A stretch of DNA of 64,000 nt from Dudresnaya verticillata (lineage: Eukaryota): assembly GCA_977862235.1 (NCBI GenBank), contig OZ374558.1, positions 2,604,001 through 2,668,000 of the forward strand, written 5' to 3'. The notes under the pieces were generated by a model that was not told where the DNA came from, did not search any database, and saw nothing but the letters and a program-made list of their open reading frames with translations. Positions within the stretch are counted from its first letter, which is position 1. Every line of letters starts with the position of its first letter. Below are positions 59,492-64,000 of the stretch, in pieces. The translations under genes were made by a program, and so were the position numbers.

Positions 59492-59772
59492 TGATCGGAG
59501 GGCATTTCTAGCTAGGCATTCCGGACGTATGATGTACCCTGGAAGCCGCCGGTCTTATGTCAAGGTATGAAGCTATACCATTACCTAATTTAAAGGTAAC
59601 CTTGTTTTGGTTTACCAGGACCGCGACAAGCTCAATCTTGCTGTCTATCTGTAAGCATTAAAGACAGCGCCTCCTAATACAACGAGCATGTCAACTACAG
59701 AAAAGTAAACAAAGTCAGACAGTAGAATCTCTAAGTCCCCAGCAGAGTGCTCCACAGAGTAGACAACATCAA

Positions 59773-59812
59773 TCCCGACGGCAGCAACTTGATCAAGTTG
59801 CTGCCGTCGGGA
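59773..59812. repeat. Perfect 40-bp palindrome
   Basis: TCCCGACGGCAGCAACTTGA|TCAAGTTGCTGCCGTCGGGA. Confidence 0.97.
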
Positions 59813-62800
59813 GTCGATTCTGACTTTCACTGCCATACAGTGCTGCGACCGCTACCTGTCTCAGATCTGCAACACGACAGCCTCCGGATATGTATCTTGT
59901 CGAAGGGGACGAAAGTCCTAGCAGCGGTGTATACTAAAATGACCGTTCCATTTAGTCCACAGTATTGCGATGGGCAGGGCTTCCAGCGTCCACGAACAGT
60001 TTGGAAACAAGAGCAATTTGCCCAGTGTCTAACAGCATGAGGATAGGTTGCTCTGTGAACCCACGTTTCTTCAGGGTTACATCCAGACCATCCTCTCGAG
60101 TGCCAATAAGAGAGATGGAATTCATTGTACGTAGCATCCTGAGGGGTGTTTCCGATCCCGTTGGAAGTCTCCTCTGGTCGTTACCGTTCGAAAGAGACGT
60201 TTACAACATGCAAATAGGCAGCTGGCCACAAACGCCTGTACCCATACCAAAAATGTTTTCAGATAAAGGCCCAACGGCTGAGAAAACCATGCCAAGAACC
60301 ATATCGCGTATAGCAGGCATATTCTTGAGGGGTTCGTACAAGTTGATTACGTTGATTTCCTGCTGCAGCAGAAGAGTGTTCCAGGAGCTGTAAACAAACA
60401 CATTACAGCTCTTCACAGCGAAAACAGGACCTACGGCATTATTGTGCATAGTCCCAGAACTGAGCCTGTCGGACATTCAATAGCATTGCGTGCACCAGAA
60501 TGTTTTCTTTGTCCTCGAGGATAGATCTAAAAGCACCAAACGCACATCTAAGTCATCGTACTTGAGCCATAGTTCACATCCCATTGTCACACGCACCGGA
60601 GGATCATACAGATGCCTCCCTGTAGTGTATCAACCGCGCCTTCGGAAACCACAATTTGTTCTGGTAATGACCGGTGCTACGTCTTGCTCCTTGCAAGCAA
60701 GCCGTGCAACTTGTGGCCGCTAGCCCCGTATGACAGCCAGCCGCGGTCGACCTGCCCATTCGGAACGACATCACATCCCTCCAACGCGATGCCCCTTTCG
60801 AAACCCTCTCCATCCACCCGCACGACGTAAGCATAAACACTCGTGCCCTTCTGCCTGCGATCAATGGTAGCTTGTTCAGCCTGGAATTCCGACAAGAACT
60901 TCCCAAATATGGCAGTGCCAGTCGCGAAGCTTACTGACTTCACAAAGCTACCGGCCTCTCCATACCGGCACACGACGACAACAAGCTCCCGATGGCCGGA
61001 GGCGAGAGCACAGAGTCTCTCTCCGACATGATTCTTCCACAGTAGTTCCCCTCCTCCCCGCGTGTTGCGCCCGTAAAGAGACCCAAGCGCAGACAATCCG
61101 ACAAACAGCGATTTACCTGGGACCTCTTAGAAGGCGCCGTCAAAGAGATGCACCAGCCCTTCCTCCCGTGCCCACACATCAGCGTCAGCACCATCTACCC
61201 ACAAGCGACCGCCTGGGGCCGATCTTAAGACTGTCATGGCAAGCCGCCAGGTGAGTACGCCGTTGCCGGTTTCCAGCTCTGCTTGCAAAACGCCTATACT
61301 CTCACTAGTCCCGTTCACTTTGTTTTACGTTACAGCCAGCCCCGTCCATGCGTGCCCAAGAACGTTGGAATCATCTTGGGTGCATGGGCGCCCAACGAAT
61401 TGGACATCATCTGAGCAGACATCGCATCCTCGGCGCCGAGCACACGCGCGCGTCCACGACATACTTCACAACGCACGAACAAGATTGCGAGGCGCATTGC
61501 GCGGTTCCCAACCTAAACAGCGTGATGCACAGTTGCAAACGAGGCATGCTTTGTCTTGACGAGAATTGTTACGCGAGACGAGCAGGACCCGCGGGGGAGG
61601 CGTCGGAGTCTGTGGCGTCTCGAGTGCAGACAGGCTTAATGCAGACGCAATCTGGGTGGATGTGATCGCAGTTGACAGCACGATGGATAGGGACGCGGGC
61701 TGCGCAGGCTACTGCGGTGGCGCGCACGTCAGCAAACACATCACAGTCCGCGACGGGGGGCACGTCAGCGAGCGATTCACAGCGCGGAGCATTTCCGCAG
61801 ATGCGGGCTGGGTCAATGGGCTCGCAGTTGACAGCAGGATGGATAGGGGCCGCTGGAGGTGCTGTTCCGCGACATTGGTGTAGAGGAAGAGGGTTTGAAA
61901 AGAGTGGAGGTGGTACCACCTGATGGTGAGAGATGGCGGTGACCACGAGAAAGGTGCATGCGGTGAGGTTGCGGTAGAGACATGCTCCGCAACAGGCGGG
62001 TGACCACCGGACGGATAGCAGATTAAGTGAGACTTCCGCCGGAGCTATCGGCACACATGGATTTTCTTATAGCTCCCTGACACCGACAGATGCGAGAAAC
62101 TATTTTCCTAGTCTTCCCATTTCGGCGACTATGGGATCTATGTAGCTAACGGACTGCCGCGAGTGTAATTGTCTATTTTCTTAGTATTTCTATTTCCGGA
62201 AACATGGGAGCTATGTAGCTCCCGCGGAGGAGGAAATCAAAAAGCTAAGAAAATAGATATTTCCTTTCTCCAGCACCAATAGCTATTGGCTGATATTCAT
62301 ATTCGTTTCTAGCTTTTCACTTGGGTCCTCCTGCGTTTGCTACTTTTCCCGAGACGTGCATCCTCATCGCTGTCAGCTCGAAGTCATCACCGTACTGCCT
62401 GCGCCGCATCGCCAGGCGGGGCTTCGAAGCCCAGGATGGCATCTCACTGCGCTGCGCGTTTGCAGTGAGAGCGAGCATTTCGCGAAGTCAAACTGGACCT
62501 CCTGTACAGCACATGCCTTACTTCCTTAAAAACATTTCCTGATTGTACTACGGTGTCACTACGCAGGGGCTTGAGGTGAGATAGAGCCCGCCGCGCGCTG
62601 AGACCGATCTCCGGAGGCGGGTTGCCGCGCAGATTTGACAGCTAACCACGACGGTCGCGTTACAGAAGCAGTGAGTTGTTTCCACAGCGTGATGACAGCT
62701 GGGCAGTTTTGGGCACCGAATCGGACTATCGGATAGTGAAGCCATGGGATAATACTGGCACGCCCTTTCCGCTTGCAAAGGGTAAACGCCACTTACTACA

Positions 62801-63240
62801 GAGACATCGAACGTTTGTTCATTAGGGACAAAGCTGCGATCGTCCACGTAGATGTCTAGGCGAAGCGGGTCGCGGGTGGGGTCAGAGGGATCAACAAAGG
62901 GCTATTCCAGGCCAAGTTGGACACCATGATGAAGCGCAACAGTACGAAGCGCAACAGTACGAATATGAAAGGGGAGCATGAGTATATACGCATACGATTC
63001 GCACACACTATTACAGTGATGCCGAGGTGATGGGGTGTTGAAGATGCATGAACAGGACGTGGTGGAGGACAACCAGTGTTTTTCTGTTATCGAGGTGGAT
63101 GCGGAACGCATTACGACTGTGGTGTTGGGTATGCCCTTGTGCAACAGGCTTGCTGCATTTCTATCCCTCGACGTTAAGTGCTACGAACAGTCTCAATGTT
63201 ACTACAGTACAGTAACTTCCCCGTGGATGTCTAGGTCGTG

Positions 63241-63519
63241 CTAATTGGAATCGGAAGAAGGATCTTCTGTGTTGCGATCCTGGCCTCCTCGGATGAAATG
63301 AACGGACCCTTGCAGTTCTTGAACCCGGACGCGGACGTGACGAAGTGTCCTTAACGTACTTCTTCCGAATTCATGCACGAGGTGTCTAACGAAATCAAAT
63401 GCCCTTTGCACTTCGGTTTCTAGCTCACGCACAGTGTTGCGAAGATGGTAGAGTTCAGCACGTAGAAGTGTCAACTCTCGCCGCACATCGTCCATTGTTG
63501 GATTGACAGGAAGCGGCAT
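63241..63519 (-). CDS. Small coiled-coil hypothetical protein (92 aa)
   Basis: Heptad-rich ORF with ATG start and acidic tail; resembles its upstream neighbour. Confidence 0.5.
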   Translation of the reverse strand: MPLPVNPTMDDVRRELTLLRAELYHLRNTVRELETEVQRAFDFVRHLVHEFGRSTLRTLRHVRVRVQELQGSVHFIRGGQDRNTEDPSSDSN

Positions 63520-63543
63520 TGTTTTTTACGAAGTCGTGAAAAA

Positions 63544-63867
63544 TCACATGGAAGCTTGAAAATGATTCTCAATGTCAAAGTCCAGGTCGGGCTCATCTTC
63601 TTCGTTGCGTTGTATCCCCAACGTTTTTTCGATTGACCGCAGCCTTCTTCTAGCACTTCGGGCAGCATGAACGGCGTTTATCACTACTATGGACATTCGG
63701 TCCATAACAGCGGCAACCACAGCCCTCATTCGTTGTCGAGCTCCTTCCACTGCCGTCCTTAATTCTTCCACCTCGCCTCGAATAGCACGCACTTCGGACA
63801 GAAGGAGAGCAGGGTCGAAATCGGAACTTCCACTGCCTTGGTTGCGGCGAGCGTGCATGGATGCCAT
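63544..63867 (-). CDS. Small coiled-coil hypothetical protein (107 aa)
   Basis: Heptad-rich ORF with acidic tail; 24 bp from the next ORF. Confidence 0.5.
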   Translation of the reverse strand: MASMHARRNQGSGSSDFDPALLLSEVRAIRGEVEELRTAVEGARQRMRAVVAAVMDRMSIVVINAVHAARSARRRLRSIEKTLGIQRNEEDEPDLDFDIENHFQASM

Positions 63868-64000
63868 AATTCCTTCCAGCTGGAAATGTGCAGTGGAGCG
63901 TCAGCCGCCCTCGACTGGCAGAATGTACATCCGGTATTGCCCAAAAATAGACGAAGCAGACTTTCATGGCTCTCTATCACAACCCTCTATCATGTTAAGA

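Overview
Eukaryotic, intron-poor, transposon-rich DNA. A florideophyte red alga is inferred from the GTACGT..ACTAAC..CAG intron, the STAND/WD40 remnant and Gypsy elements with antisense ORFs; the taxon is not proven. Layout: (1) 1-10429, a very recent tandem array of a ~3.09-kb unit, each encoding a 618-aa secreted protein (signal peptide, long acidic segment, 64-Cys cationic repeat region). (2) 10.4-22.7 kb, decaying genes (WD40, NTF2-RRM) and CxxC zinc-finger ORFs. (3) 23-26 kb, a GC-rich island with two divergent intact genes (spliced RNase-kappa/V-ATPase subunit f-like; ankyrin-SAM-like-TM). (4) 27-50 kb, nested LTR retrotransposons. One chromovirus there carries at least 19 copies of the quasi-palindrome CCGTWACGG, a -1 frameshift pseudoknot, an antisense ORF and a telomere-like insertion in gag. 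A second, complete chromovirus sits inside the tRNA-Met PBS of another element. (5) 50-64 kb, a bacterial-type N4/N6 DNA methyltransferase remnant possibly fused to SET, a Sola-related transposase remnant, a perfect 40-bp palindrome and two small coiled-coil ORFs. All family assignments are by eye from motifs; no searches were run.
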